Shown one piece after another: positions 1 to 12,411 of a stretch of 64,000 nt of DNA. Each line of letters starts with the position of its first letter. The stretch's first letter is position 1. The notes under the pieces are model-generated. The model made no database searches. It was not told where the DNA came from and saw nothing but the letters and a program-made list of their open reading frames with translations. A program made the position numbers and the translations under genes. Origin of the DNA: Octopus bimaculoides (Eukaryota). Where the stretch lies: positions 72,154,065 through 72,218,064 of the forward strand of contig NC_068991.1 of the NCBI RefSeq assembly GCF_001194135.2, in the 5' to 3' direction.

Positions 1-125
1 ACTCACAAAGCTTTGGTCAGTTTGAGGCTATAATAGAAGACACTTTGGTCAAGGTACAATCCATAAACATGAACCAAGGACCATGTGGTTGGCAAGCAAA
101 CTTCTTACCACACAGCTACACCTCT
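1..125 (-). mobile_element. SINE family A (tRNA head + CORE-like segment), 5' half
   Basis: Reverse complement matches the head of the full copy at 18565 (ctgtgtggtaagaag...ggttc...caaagctttgtgagt). Confidence 0.7.
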
Positions 126-155
126 CACACACTTCATAATATATATATATATATA

Positions 156-663
156 NNNNNNNNNNNNNNNNNNNNNNNNNNNNNNNNNNNNNNNNNNNNN
201 NNNNNNNNNNNNNNNNNNNNNNNNNNNNNNNNNNNNNNNNNNNNNNNNNNNNNNNNNNNNNNNNNNNNNNNNNNNNNNNNNNNNNNNNNNNNNNNNNNNN
301 NNNNNNNNNNNNNNNNNNNNNNNNNNNNNNNNNNNNNNNNNNNNNNNNNNNNNNNNNNNNNNNNNNNNNNNNNNNNNNNNNNNNNNNNNNNNNNNNNNNN
401 NNNNNNNNNNNNNNNNNNNNNNNNNNNNNNNNNNNNNNNNNNNNNNNNNNNNNNNNNNNNNNNNNNNNNNNNNNNNNNNNNNNNNNNNNNNNNNNNNNNN
501 NNNNNNNNNNNNNNNNNNNNNNNNNNNNNNNNNNNNNNNNNNNNNNNNNNNNNNNNNNNNNNNNNNNNNNNNNNNNNNNNNNNNNNNNNNNNNNNNNNNN
601 NNNNNNNNNNNNNNNNNNNNNNNNNNNNNNNNNNNNNNNNNNNNNNNNNNNNNNNNNNNNNNN
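156..663. other. Assembly gap flanked by (TA)n
   Basis: N run with TA repeats on both sides. Other gaps lie near 2331, 10883, 15027, 35294, 56328 and 61077. Confidence 0.95.
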
Positions 664-827
664 ATATATATATATATATATATAATATATATTTATGCAT
701 TATTAAAAATATAATTAAGGGTATCTCTTAGATACCCTTAATTATAATTTTAATAATAATTATTACCTTTGAGGTCTTTAGTCCCATGCTGGCCACCTGA
801 TAACATCGGTATTTTAAATAATCATCA

Positions 828-990
828 TCATCATCCTTTAATATTCATTGTCCATGCTGGTGTGTGTTGGACGGCTTGACCAGAGTTGGCAAGCTGCACC
901 AGACTTCAGTCTGATTTGGCATGGTTTCTACAACTGTATGCCCATCCTAATGCTAACCACTTTACAGAGTGTGCTGTGTGCCTCTACATG
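828..990 (-). mobile_element. RTE-type 3' end repeat (family E), decayed
   Basis: (ATC)n tail followed by ccatgctgg...gttggac...tctgatttggcatggtttctacaactg. Confidence 0.7.
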
Positions 991-1001
991 GCGTCACATG
1001 G

Positions 1002-1043
<42 letters not shown>

Positions 1044-1057
1044 CAAAAAAGAATTAT

Positions 1058-1195
1058 TGGCTGTGTGGTTACAAAGTTAGTTTGAAAACCATGTGGTTTT
1101 GGGTTCAGCCTCAGTGTGGAACCCTGGGTAAGTGTTTTCAACTATAATCCCAGACCTTGAGTGAATTCAGCAAACAGAGATTGTGTGGAATCCTA
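1058..1195 (+). mobile_element. SINE family A, 5' half, decayed
   Basis: ggctgtgtggtt...gggttcagcc...ctgggtaagtgttttc matches the family A head. Confidence 0.6.
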
Positions 1196-1659
1196 CAGTG
1201 AGTATGTATCATCAGCAGTGTGTGTCTTTATTTGACAACTTGTTCATGCTCTCATAAATAAGTGGTTTGATAAAAGAGAAAGAAAAAGACTGATAAAATA
1301 TACACCAGACACTTCAAAATAAAATGATAGGGGGTACTGGGTCAACTTGATAGACTTATATCTTCAAAAGGCCACAATCCAAGGATTGAAACCAGTAAAA
1401 GCAGCCATAGAAGTGAATTTTTGACATCAGGGTGTGCCAAAAGAATAACCCATTTTAGAAAAAAAATTTTTTTTTTTAAAGCTAATTCCTTTATATCCAA
1501 TCTCTCCATAACCAGCAAGTTGAGTGTTCTTACAAACTTGATTCTTTTCAAGCTGAACTATTAATTTCTCGAGCAGTTTTACAGGTGAATGTTCTTCCTG
1601 CTGTTGCTAACTACTACTCCTCAAAAGAATTTCTACTCTCAATTAGGTTAATGGAGTGG

Positions 1660-1800
1660 ACTGACAGAAAAGCTAGACATAGCAGCAGACAAAATGCCTG
1701 CACTCTTTAAATACAGCAAGTTCAAATCCTGCCAAAGTTAACTTTGCCATTTATTCTGTCTGGAATTGATAAAATAAAGTACCAATCAAATACTAAGTTC
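1660..1800 (+). mobile_element. SINE family C (gttcaaat B-box type), decayed
   Basis: aagttcaaatcctgccaaagttaactttgcc...gataaaataaagtaccaatc. Confidence 0.6.
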
Positions 1801-1864
1801 GTTTCCAGTGTATTCCAGTATAGTATTAAGACTAAGTAGAGATATCTTTTATCTTCTACTTTAG

Positions 1865-2012
1865 AGTTTCAAGTAAATAAACTGGCCCAGTACTTCTTTT
1901 GCTTTTAAGTCTGGTACTTCTTCTACCATCTCTTTTGCTGAACTGTTAAGTTACAAGGACATAAACAAACCAACACCAGATGTCAAATGGCAGGAGGAAG
2001 GACAAACACAAA
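1865..2012 (-). mobile_element. SINE family A, 3' half
   Basis: gtacttcttctaccatctcttttgctgaactgttaagttacaaggac...aacaccagatgtcaa. Confidence 0.55.
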
Positions 2013-2019
2013 GATATAT

Positions 2020-2325
2020 CATCATCATCATCGTTGTTTAACGTCTGCTTTCCATGCTAGCATGGGTTGGACGATTTGACTGAGGACTGGTGAAACCAGA
2101 TGGCTACACCAGGCTCCAATCTGATTTGGCAGAGTTTCTACAGCTGGATGCCCTTCCTAACGCCAACCACTCCGAGAGTGTAGTGGGTGCTTTTACGTGC
2201 CACCGGCACGAGGGCCAGTCAGGCGGTACTGGCAACGGCCACGCTCAAAATGGTGTATTTTACGTGCCACCTGCACAGGAGCCAGTCCATCGGCATTGAC
2301 AACGATCACGCTCGAATGTCATTTC
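2020..2325 (-). mobile_element. RTE-type 3' end repeat (family E), young copy
   Basis: Near-identical to the copies at 24733, 26680, 28305 and 38443; (GAT)n tail; CpGs largely intact. Confidence 0.9.
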
Positions 2326-2365
2326 AATATNNNNNNNNNNNNNNNNNNNNNNNNNNNNNNNNNNN

Positions 2366-2396
<31 letters not shown>

Positions 2397-2802
2397 GTCT
2401 GGGGAGAGTCATTCACTTTGATGCCTTATTATTGAACACACTGGTAAAGTTTCCACTCATTATGAAACCACAACACAAATGCTAATGACAAGGTTTCGAA
2501 TGAAGTACTTTCAGCCAATATACTATTATTATTAGTAATTTTTCACTGTCAAATAGAAAACCTCCAGCATTCACTTTAAATAATAGAGAGGATGAAGAGA
2601 AATAAAGAAAACTACCCAAGAAAGTAAAATGTAAAAAGAAATGTTTAAGTAGTGGAATGGCTGAATCATTAAAAATGCTGATGGTTATATTTGCAGCCAT
2701 GTCTGAGTTCAAATACTGCCAAGACTAACCTTGATCTTCATACTTCCAGGGTTGATAAAATTAAATAGCAGTCAAATACTAGGTTTGATTCTTAATGTAC
2801 AT

Positions 2803-3010
2803 CATCATCATTGTTTAATGTCTGTTTTCCATGCTGGCATGAGTTGGATGGTTCGACTGGGGTCTGGGAAGCCAGGAGGCTGCACTAGGCTCCAGTCTGA
2901 TCTGGCAGTGTTTCTACAGCTGGATGTCCTTCCTAATGCCAACCACTCCAAGAGTGGAGTGGGTGCTTTTTTACATGCCACCAGCACAGGAGCCGGAGGG
3001 GGCTGGCATC
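2803..3010 (-). mobile_element. RTE-type 3' end repeat (family E)
   Basis: catcatcat tgtttaatgtctgttttccatgctggcatg...cagctggatgtccttcctaatgcc. Confidence 0.85.
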
Positions 3011-3049
3011 GACCTAGATATTAATGGAATTATAACAAAAAAATAACTG

Positions 3050-3225
3050 AGTAGACCTCCTTATCATAGGCAATCCAACAGTAGTCATCCAAGTAACAAT
3101 GTAGAACTACTTTGTCCAATGTGTCCTTTCCTTACCTAAGATGACAGGATGTGATTTGAGGGAGATCTGGTTGCTATTTCTAGCAGACCAGGTAACTGCA
3201 TAGAGGCTCCATTGTTGGCTCATAA
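3050..3225. repeat. Dispersed repeat family F
   Basis: aatgtgtcctttcc...gtgatttgagggagatctggttgctatttctagcag recurs (mostly as reverse complement) near 6450, 7500, 15300, 21740, 22600, 27570, 29040, 33450, 35630, 36870, 60390 and 62750. Confidence 0.65.
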
Positions 3226-3831
3226 CTATTTAGGTTATTAATCTCAGTGTAACTTGTGAGACATTCAGACTTTAATAAAAAAAATCTTAAAGAATTAATA
3301 ATTAGCTAAAAAGAATGAGTGAGTAATTAACTCGTTAACAAGGAATAATTATTAAGTATACTGAAAAGCAAAAAAGCTTAGATATTCAGATGTCTTTGGC
3401 ATTTAAAATGTAATAGCAGTATTTTGTAGTTAATAACTTCACATTAATGAAATTTAGTAATCACATTATTAAACCAACAGCTAAATTTTTCTCAACACTG
3501 GAACTATCACAGCAGTAATAAAATACTTACACAACTAATATAGTACAATGAATAAACGAAATACCTAATTTTTCTGGTAGATATAACATACGACACAACT
3601 TGAACACTATTTACTCAGATGATTTCATTCTCAGGCACGAGGAAATCTATTTTTATCATTACCTACATTATCATGTTTGACCACAGGTCAAGCCTGATCA
3701 GATCTATAACCGCTTAAGGTGTTCTACCCATGACTATTGTTACAGTTGGACATTTCTTATCTCAGATTACATTACCATTTAATACTTATTTAGTCAACAG
3801 CAGTGGACTTGTGTATATGTCTGCATGCTAT

Positions 3832-4214
3832 TTGTTGGCACTCCGTCGCTTACGACGTCGAGGGTTCCAGTTGATCCGATCAACGGAACAGCCTGCTCGT
3901 GAAATTAACGTGCAAGTGGCTGAGCACTCCACAGACACGTGTACCCTTAATGTAGTTCTCGGGGATATTCAGCATGACACAGTGTGACAAGGCTGACCCT
4001 TTGAATTACAGGCACAACAGAAACAGGAAGTAAGAGTGAGAGAAAGTTGTGGTGAAAGAGTACAGCAGGGTTCGCCACCATCCCCTGCCAGAGCCTCGTG
4101 GAGCTTTAGGTGTTTTCGCTCAATAAACACTCACAACGCCCGGTCTGGGCATCGAAACCGCGATCCTATGACCACGAGTCCGCTGCCTTAACCACTGGGC
4201 CATTGCGCCTCCAC
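3832..4214 (-). mobile_element. tRNA-Arg-headed SINE (octopus OR-like), full length
   Basis: A-box tggcccagtgg and B-box ggtttcgatgcc on the minus strand; 11-bp TSD ctgcatgctat at 3821-3831 and 4215-4225. Confidence 0.9.
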
Positions 4215-4747
4215 CTGCATGCTATACTCACTGCTTAATTGCCATTGGTTCAACTTCAATGGCAACCTGTTAGGGTCTGCTTTTGGCCAAATAAAACTTG
4301 CATTGCATGGCAGACACTGGTATATGTTTCATTTCAGTGAATTCAGCATGGTACAAATGGCTCTTTGCCATGAAAGGATCTGGACTTGTACAAGGTTCAG
4401 AGATATCCATTATGCATCACTCATTTGGTTTATTCATTATGCTTAGTATGATTGCCACCACTCCCACCTCTACTGTGTGCAAGCTACATCAGCCTCCGTG
4501 GAAACTGAGCTCCAAGGATAAAGAGATGTTTTTAAGTAACACAAAGCATTTAGTTCACCTGCTGCTCTATCAATTCTACCAATCTACCACTTGTACTCCA
4601 CCAACATACTAAGCAATTGGAAAGTGCAACTGGCTACAAATAAAAATGAAAGAGAAAGAAAATAAATGATTTTAGCCTAGAAATAAAACTGAACTGAAAT
4701 TCTTGAAAAGTGATAATCATCTTCAGAATATATTTGACATTATTTAA

Positions 4748-4920
4748 CCCTTCAGCTTTCACATTACTCTGTCAAATGCTTATTTATTCACACTATCTTT
4801 GAGGTGTAATTGTTTTTAGAATGACATAGTAAGGGTTAGTGAGAGGCCTGATCTGTGCAGTTTGAACATAGAACAGCAAGAATATTTGGACCTGATATGG
4901 CTAGTTTGAATACGAAAGGG
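4748..4920. mobile_element. piggyBac-like MITE
   Basis: TTAA|ccctt...aaggg|TTAT termini; related copies at 30765 and 41425. Confidence 0.65.
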
Positions 4921-5518
4921 TTATATAGCAATTTAACAAGAAATAATTCCTTTTAATACTTTTAAATGAAATAGTGCAAAGATTTCAAAACCAGATTAAA
5001 ACCTTCTCTCCATTAGAAAGGATATCTTTTACTATCAACAATACCATTTTTTTTTTCTTCCCCATTTTTCTTATAGCCTTGAAACATAATTTGCAAGACC
5101 AAGCATTGCCTTTACAATGATTAAATCCTTTAGAAATCTTTGTTTCTCACAAGATTATTATATGGTTATGTCAATGAATTAGTTACAAAATCATACAATG
5201 AAAGAAAATAATTTATAGTAATGACATACTTTTTGTTTTTATTCGTTTTTTTTTATTTATCGAGGGAAGAAAGGTCATTGTTGTTAACCTCAGAAAGAAT
5301 GTGACATTGGAAGAGATAATAAATGCTACTTATTTATTAGCTTGAAAGTTTTTCAATGCTAGTAAATTATGTTTTAAGGAGAGAAATATTGTGTCAGGTG
5401 ATCAATACAGAAACAAGAATGAGAGGACATTTCAACAGAGGAGACCAAAGGAGCTTTGAATGGATACTGTCTTGAGATCAATATATTTTTCTAGAAGCAG
5501 AAAAAACATTACTGTTTA

Positions 5519-5550
<32 letters not shown>
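5519..5550. repeat. (TAG)n microsatellite
   Basis: Direct reading. Confidence 0.95.
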
Positions 5551-5559
5551 AAAATTTAT

Positions 5560-5730
5560 GTACAAAGCAACTGCAAATTTGGAGGGAAGAAGCATCATCA
5601 ATTAAATCAGCTGCAGAGTTTCACTGATATATATTCTATTGATCCCAGAAGGTTGAAAGGTAAATCGACTTTAGTGGAATTTAAAACATAGAATGCACAG
5701 GTATGTAGCGGAATCTCACATGTCACTTTG
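5560..5730 (-). mobile_element. SINE family C, decayed
   Basis: gatcccagaaggttgaaaggtaaatcgactttagtggaatttaaaacatagaatg. Confidence 0.6.
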
Positions 5731-7009
5731 ACCAACATCTACCAATTGGATAATGCACAATACTAAAGATTGGTGGGGAAGCTTTAATTTAACTAACTTC
5801 GGTCCTTGATACAGATTTTATTGATCTTCATCCCAAATTGAATGTAAAGCTGACTTTGGCTGGATTTGAACACTATGTAGTACTACTGATTCTATCATTT
5901 ACTACCATAATAGCAAAAACACAGACTATTTTATTGCTCCAAATTGCTGACCTGTAACTAGCTCATTGGAATGGAACTAAACTATGGGGTGAAACACAAA
6001 AAAGTAAACTGAAATTATTACACAAACACACACACAAAAGAAGTTAGTCTTATAATGTTATAAGTTATTCAAATGCTCTGGCTGTGAATTTGAAATGATT
6101 CAACTAAACTATTGGTGCAAGTCAAGGTATGATGTTGAGATGCTTCTTCTATGTAGGAATACTAATATGAAATAGCAGCTGGAAACCAATATCTGCACCT
6201 CAAAAAATTATGAGTTTTGTTTGTAGCGAAAACTAAAATATTGGCTGCTATAAGACGTCTTCACAAAGTAGAACACCTTGGAAACAGTTACCCTATATTC
6301 AAATGTACATAACATTGTAAGAAAATCGGATGAAAATTATGCTTAACACCTGATTGAAATTTGGATTTACATAGAGTTCTAAGCATTGGTTAACCAATAC
6401 ACACACAAAAGAACTTCTAATTGGTCACTTTATATGCCTGAAATAATAGCCACATCTCACTGAAATCACATCCCATCTTAAGTAAAAAAGAGAAGGCACA
6501 TTATTATACAGCCTGAGGTATACTATATCTAAAACAGATCATGTACCTAGGACTATAAAGCTTACAACCCTTAAAGACCATACTTTTAAGGATCATTTCC
6601 AGTTTATATGTTGGGGCACTTATCGCTGGTTAAGATTTGTTTAATTCTCATGATTATTTTTGCAGGTCGTTTATTAATAAAAAGTAAATAGATTTTTCAG
6701 ATGAAAAATATTATCTTTACTGGCATCAGTATATATACTCACTAAGAAGACTTAACTGATACCAAAGTTGTTAGGTTATACCTAGAGAATTCAATATGCC
6801 CATAGAGAAATGATAGTTACATATTAGTTTTGTATTTTAAAATCTGAATTCGTCTTCAGCTTATCTTCAAAATCCAGAATGTCAGCTATGTTTTTAATAA
6901 TGATAAACACATCATTCATATGCCCGAGGCAAAGAATGGGCCTATGTGTAGTGTAACCCCAGCTTATTATGTAAACAAATTGGAGATGAACAAAAGTGAG
7001 CCTCAATTT

Positions 7010-7490
7010 CTTTACCTTTCTTCCTCTCCCTCTCTGGCTGAGTAACCATGTACCTTCTCTGCAGTAAGACATCTGTTTCTGTCTCTCTGTCACACTCTAA
7101 CCTTTCATCATCTGGCACAAGATCACCTCCTCCAATGTCTCCTCCCCTCTCAAAGATTCCTTGTCTTGCAAAGTTACTCGGTGACCCTGCCAGGGCTGGT
7201 GCCACTTAAAAAACACCCAGTCCACACCGTAAAGTGGTTGGTATTTGGAAAGACACCTAGCTGTAAAAAACCATGCCAAAACTGACCTCACCTGTGCTGG
7301 TACCACATAAAAAGTACCCGGCCCACTTTGTGGAGTGGTCGGTGTCAAGAAGGGCATCCAGCCATAAAAAAACCATGCCAAAACAGACACAGAAATATGG
7401 TACAAGCTTCTGCCTAACCAACTCCTGTCAAACCATCCAACAACCCATGTGAGCATAAATGGAAGACATTAAATGATGATGATAACGATG
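7010..7490 (+). mobile_element. RTE-type 3' UTR with internal tandem duplication
   Basis: Two units of gctggtgccac.taaaaa.cacc...gtggttgg...aaccatgccaaaac, then a (GAT)n tail. Confidence 0.75.
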
Positions 7491-7679
7491 TTAGGAACCA
7501 ATGATAGAGCCTGTTACAAAATAGTTACAAAATAGCCACCAAATCTCCCTCTGATCCATCCGACTGTTTTACATACAGAAACAGTACATAACGTAGTTCT
7601 TATATCTGAATAAAAAACAGGAAGGTCAGGGCTGGAATATCTGATCATAGCCTCACTCAATCAAAATTAAGCTAACACC

Positions 7680-7990
7680 AAAGTCCACTTTTCCATACTT
7701 GCCTAGGTAAGATGAAATTCACTGAGGTATCTTCCTTGTAGCTGGATGCTTTTCCTGTCACCAACCCTCACGCATTTCCAAGCAAAGTAATATTTCCCCC
7801 AAGTCCTTCAAGCATGAGCAGCAAAATGGCCAGATAGGTTTCCATGGAAGACTGCAAATGAGCACCACCATATGTATGGCAGCGAAGTTTGTTTACAATT
7901 AGGACATGATGTTAAGAAAGGGGACACTCAAACACTGAGCATCTTTCAAAATTCTTTCAGTTTCCATCTACCAAATTCACTCACAAGGAG
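7680..7990 (-). mobile_element. SINE family B (family A head + RTE-like tail)
   Basis: aagtccacttttccatacttgc tail joined to tctttcagtttccatctaccaaattcactcacaagg. Confidence 0.65.
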
Positions 7991-7999
7991 TTGGTCAAC

Positions 8000-8310
8000 T
8001 CAGAGTAATAGAAGCAGTTGCAAGTGTTATCAATATGTTTTTATTGAACATGCTATCAGATCAGGCAGATCTGTGATCAAAGATATTCTAGCCAAGACCA
8101 TCTCACCTATTTTTCCAGTTACAGTATAATGTAAGTCTTCATTATCAAATGCTCTTTCTTTTATCGCAGACATGTGCTGTGATTTGGTTGCTATTACTAG
8201 CAGGTCAAGCTTCCTCAGTGGCCCATTCTCATGGTTTACTATGATGGCATAAGGTGGAAGATCTATAATTCCCATGAATATCTTGGTTTCACACAGTTCT
8301 TTTCTCAAAA
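8000..8310 (-). pseudogene. Possible decayed LINE reverse transcriptase fragment
   Basis: LLVIATKSQH..IKERAFDNED resembles the RT segment (L)RxIxEKxxE..DxEKAFDxV; the similarity is weak. Confidence 0.3.
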
Positions 8311-8324
8311 CATTTTCACAGGGT

Positions 8325-8630
8325 AGTATTCTTTTATTCTTTTGTTCTTTTAGTCATTTGACTGCGGCCATGCTGGAGCACTGCCTTTAGTCGAACAAAT
8401 TGACCCCAGGTCTTATTCTTTGTAAGCCTAGTACTTATTCTATCAGCCTCTTTTGCTGAACAAGAAAGTTACACACCACCATCGGTTGTCAAGTGATGGT
8501 GGGGGGACAAACACAGACACACACAAGGCTTTGGTCAGCTCGAGGTTATAGTAGAAGACACTTGCCCAGAAGACTGAACCCAGAACCATTTGGTTGGGAA
8601 GCAAGCTTCTTACCACACAGCCACTCTTGC
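8325..8630 (-). mobile_element. SINE family A, internally deleted
   Basis: Both ends match the 18565 copy; the central segment is missing. Confidence 0.8.
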
Positions 8631-9045
8631 ACATGTATTTATTTCTATAACAACAAGCTACCATTTGACTTTTACTACCCCCTCCCCATTATAAATAACA
8701 AAATAAGTAAAAAGAAAATAATAAAAACTGAATAATTAAAATATAATCCTGTTTTAGAGGTTATCATTCTGAGTAAGTTTACTAATGCAATTAATGAATT
8801 AAATCTTAATTAATGAAAAACCAACAATTATAAACTAAAAAAAAAAAAATGTAGATTTATAGTAGGAAATATTGAAAGCTCTATCTTCTACTCTGACAAT
8901 AAGCAATCAGCTAAGATTTAAAATCTATAGAGATATTTGGAAAATTTCAAACATTTAATCTTAATATGTAAGTGATACAATTTGATGTGACTAAAATCTT
9001 AGATTAGTCAAGAAGACACTACCATTCATTAAAAATTCTAAATTA

Positions 9046-9130
9046 ATTACTGTATTTTTCAGCTTTCAAGTCAAATTTTTCAGACCCAAATTTACAGCCA
9101 AAAAAGGTAGGTTGACCTATACATCAAAAT
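9046..9130 (+). mobile_element. Tc2/pogo-like DNA transposon terminus, decayed
   Basis: tactgtattttc...aagtcaaattttt...ggttgacctatac resembles the ends at 46703 and 48299. Confidence 0.35.
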
Positions 9131-9669
9131 GTCTTTGGAGGACCAAAAATCCCATGTGAATTGCAGCAGTATTTGGAAAGAGAGTGACTGTTTGAATGTT
9201 TGTACCACATTTTTACACTGTACTATACATTGACTTGTATGCCATAACAAAATGGTACTATAAGCAATAATTTCCAAAACAGATAAAACTGAAAATGATC
9301 AGAAATAAACCCTCATGATGATAATTTAATTTTAATGGTAAACCAATGCCAGCCTCCTTGGCTTCAGCCCCTATCACCTGAAGTATTATAACCTATTCTG
9401 ACAACAATGAAGCCTCTTCGCTCAGCTGGGTAGCTACTCCCCCACCACTACCTACATATGGTGAAATGCTGTGGTAGGGAAGACCCAACCAGTCAATGCA
9501 AACATGGTAAGCTGTGTGTATGATGATGGAGAATCAAAGCATTAAATCTATAAATTGCAAATACTTGAATGAACAGAATGTAGAAGAGATGATCCTGGTT
9601 AAAAAATAAATTTTAAAAAAAAGATTTCAAGAAGCATATGGAGAAGTTCTAAAGTGGTATAATTTTCCA

Positions 9670-9860
9670 TCATCATCATTTAACATTCGTTGTCCATGTT
9701 GGCATGGGTTGGACAGTCTGACTGGGCTGGCATGGTGGAATGCTGCACCAGACTCTAGTCTGATTTGGTATGGTTTTTCTATGGCTGGATGCTCTTCTTA
9801 ACACCAACCACTCCGAGAGTGTAATGGGTATTTTCACGTGCCATTTGCATGACACTGGAG
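9670..9860 (-). mobile_element. RTE-type 3' end repeat (family E) followed by a long T run
   Basis: Family match; T homopolymer at about 9868-9910. Confidence 0.8.
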
Positions 9861-9863
9861 TGG

Positions 9864-9911
<48 letters not shown>

Positions 9912-10659
9912 GACAGAAGCATATTATCTTGCTTTAGTGAAAGTATTGAAGTAATGAGAGGGGGGAGTGAGGTGATGGGATAAATAAGAAAATATGCTTT
10001 TGGAGGATCACTATACATTATTGAGCTAGAGCTTAGAATCAGAGAAACTTTATTAATCACATTGGAAAATTTCTTCAGGTGATGATTTGTGGACATTCAA
10101 AAGGTCACTCACCCCTTAATGTAAAATGGTATGAATTAAATTTACCAAGAACAAATGAAATGCCAACCCTAATCAGCTCAACAAAAACAAATATTATAAT
10201 CTATGAAACAGGCCATAGCAATATTGTTAAGCGCTGTTATTGAGTCATCGGCTATCATTAGGCAATAGTTTCTCAAACTGAGAAACTGTCGACTAATTTT
10301 AAAAGAATGACCAACAAAATTTTGAAGGAGTAATTTGCATACTTGGAGGTAATGACTGGTTATTTTCAGACATTAACTTTAATGTGGAAAGAATGTACTT
10401 AGTGATTGAAAAATAAAAAATGCAGGATTATCTCATTTTAGAAAAAGAAAAGAAAATCATATAGAGTATGGATTGTTGAAAGAGAAATGGTTAAATTTAG
10501 TCACTTTATAAAGATAGCAACTGTTTTTTTGTAAGTCGCAAGCCTGTCTGGTAACAGACTATTCTTGTCATAAAATGTACATGCACGCGTGTACACACAC
10601 ACACATTGTGGTAACCATGTATCTCCCTTAGAGTAAGACACCAGTTCCTGTTTATCATA

Positions 10660-11112
10660 TACTCTTTACTCTTTTACTTGTTTCAGTCATTTGACTGTGG
10701 CTATGCTGGAGCACCACCTTTAGTCGAGCAAATTGATCCCAGGACTTATTCTTTGGAAGCCTAGTACTTATTCTATCAGTCTCTTTTGCCGAACCGCTAA
10801 GTTACGGGGACGTAAACACACCAGCATTGGTTGTCAAGTGATGTTGGGGGGACAAACACAGACACAAAAACATATATATATANNNNNNNNNNNNNNNNNN
10901 NNNNNNNNNNNNNNNNNNNNNNNNNNNNNNNNNNNNNNNNNNNNNNNNNNNNNNNNNNNNNNNNNNNNNNNNNNNNNNNNNNNNNNNNNNNNNNNNNNNN
11001 NNNNNNNNNNNNNNNNNNNNNNNNNNNNNNNNNNNNNNNNNNNNNNNNNNNNNNNNNNNNNNNNNNNNNNNNGTTGGTAAGCAAGCTACTTATCACATAG
11101 CCACGCCTGCGC
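10660..11112 (-). mobile_element. SINE family A, full span with N gap at the internal (TA)n
   Basis: Tail tactcttttacttgtttcagtc and head ttggtaagcaagctacttatcacatagccac flank the gap. Confidence 0.85.
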
Positions 11113-11563
11113 CACTCCTATAAATATAAAATTACATACACACACACATCACTGAGTAATAGCTGTGAAAGAAACAAATTTGAAAATGTTGGTCTCAAAC
11201 AGAAGGAAAAGACAAGTAAAGGGAGTTTTACTTCAATGAAATTTTCAATAAAAATGGCTGAATAGGATAGAAGAATTTTGGGATTGGCCCCTCAGTGGTA
11301 ATGCTAGCAGTGGGTAGGGGAACTAGGAAAGAGGGAAAGAAGGCCAAGGAGAGTAAAAAGAAAAAAAAAAAACAGGAAACTGGGGTAGAGGGATGGGGGA
11401 ATAGTTCTTCAATCCTATCCAGCCTTTGCTATTAAAAATTTCTTTGAAGTCAGACAACCTTTTACTTCTTGTCTTTTCTTTCAGTTTGAAACAGTTTCTT
11501 TCTCTTTCATGCCATTCATTACTCAGTGTTATGTCTTCCTTGTCCTGTCAAAGGACTACCACT

Positions 11564-11605
<42 letters not shown>

Positions 11606-11979
11606 ACACCCAAATGTACAAATGTATATATCTTACATTACTATATTGTGTTTGTCTGTCTGTGTCTCATTTCAGTTGAATATTGGTGTGTCCCCCCCCC
11701 CATATTTCATCATTGTATGCTCACCGTTTCAGTGATATTCAGTATCATTGGCACAACCATTGGAGTTATACCATGGAATTAATGTAAAGATCTTTAACAC
11801 ACCAAAAACTATGCTGATTCTGGTCTCCATGGCTGATAAGAGGATTTCCATCTTTATGTCTCCACTTCCATTAATCATTACCATGTGCCATTTTGATTTT
11901 CACCAATGTATTAACTATAAGCGTGTTATGGTAAAAGTGACTCTGGAATTGAAGGGAGTAGCGTAGTTGATTACATTTA

Positions 11980-12120
11980 TCCTGTTAGCAATAAACACTG
12001 CTTAAATGGTGTTATTGACCATAAAGGAGAGTTAGCCGCAGTGAGATTTGAACACTGGATGCAAAGAGCTAAAACAAAAGCTGTGAGCTATTTTGTCTGA
12101 TGTTTTATAAAGTTTGTCAA
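11980..12120 (-). mobile_element. SINE family C, decayed
   Basis: gagttagccgcagtgagatttgaacactggatgcaaag. Confidence 0.5.
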
Positions 12121-12249
12121 TCCCAGTGACGAAAACCACAAAGATCCCACTGTACACACACACACACACACACACACACATATTAGACAAAAAGAGATAA
12201 CAAAGCCAAGGCTGTGAGGAGTTTTCAGGACATTTATAAGGAAAGAGAT

Positions 12250-12303
12250 ATAGTCTTACAGCTGTTTCTGGGATATTATGGATATCCCTTCATCAGAGAT
12301 GAT
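12250..12303 (-). ncRNA. Minimal type I hammerhead ribozyme (Penelope-type), degenerate
   Basis: Minus strand reads CUGAUGA-A-GGGAUAU-CCAUA-AUAUCCC-A-GAA-AC-AGCU-GU-A/AGAC: full core, 7-bp stem II, palindromic stem III, GUA cleavage triplet. Confidence 0.7.
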
Positions 12304-12411
12304 GTGAGATGGTTAAATAGAGGTAAATGTTTGAGTTCGAAAATAATGAATCATTATGGGAAAGGAGGAGATAGGGAATATAGAAGGAAATAAGAGAATG
12401 AAAGTAGAATG

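Noticed and set aside
45-731. Long ORFs of 180-230 aa (also near 35086 and 60809-61683)
   Set aside because: They read through N gaps; not real coding sequence.
2075-2105. CTGAGGA-CTGGT-GAAAC in family E copies looks like a hammerhead core
   Set aside because: No stem II between core elements; GAAA is the loop of a CTGG/CCAG hairpin; no cleavage triplet geometry.
2090-2299. Identical [16 protein letters not shown]... ORFs at 2090 and 28185
   Set aside because: Antisense reading of the same young repeat, not a duplicated gene.
4140-4214. tRNA-like sequences (also 43544, 57500, 63170)
   Set aside because: SINE heads: they continue into SINE bodies with TSDs and lack a proper acceptor stem.
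8107-8260. Minus-strand exon candidate with AG|GTGAG donor
   Set aside because: Weak acceptor, no recognisable host protein, and partial resemblance to a LINE RT (AFD motif).
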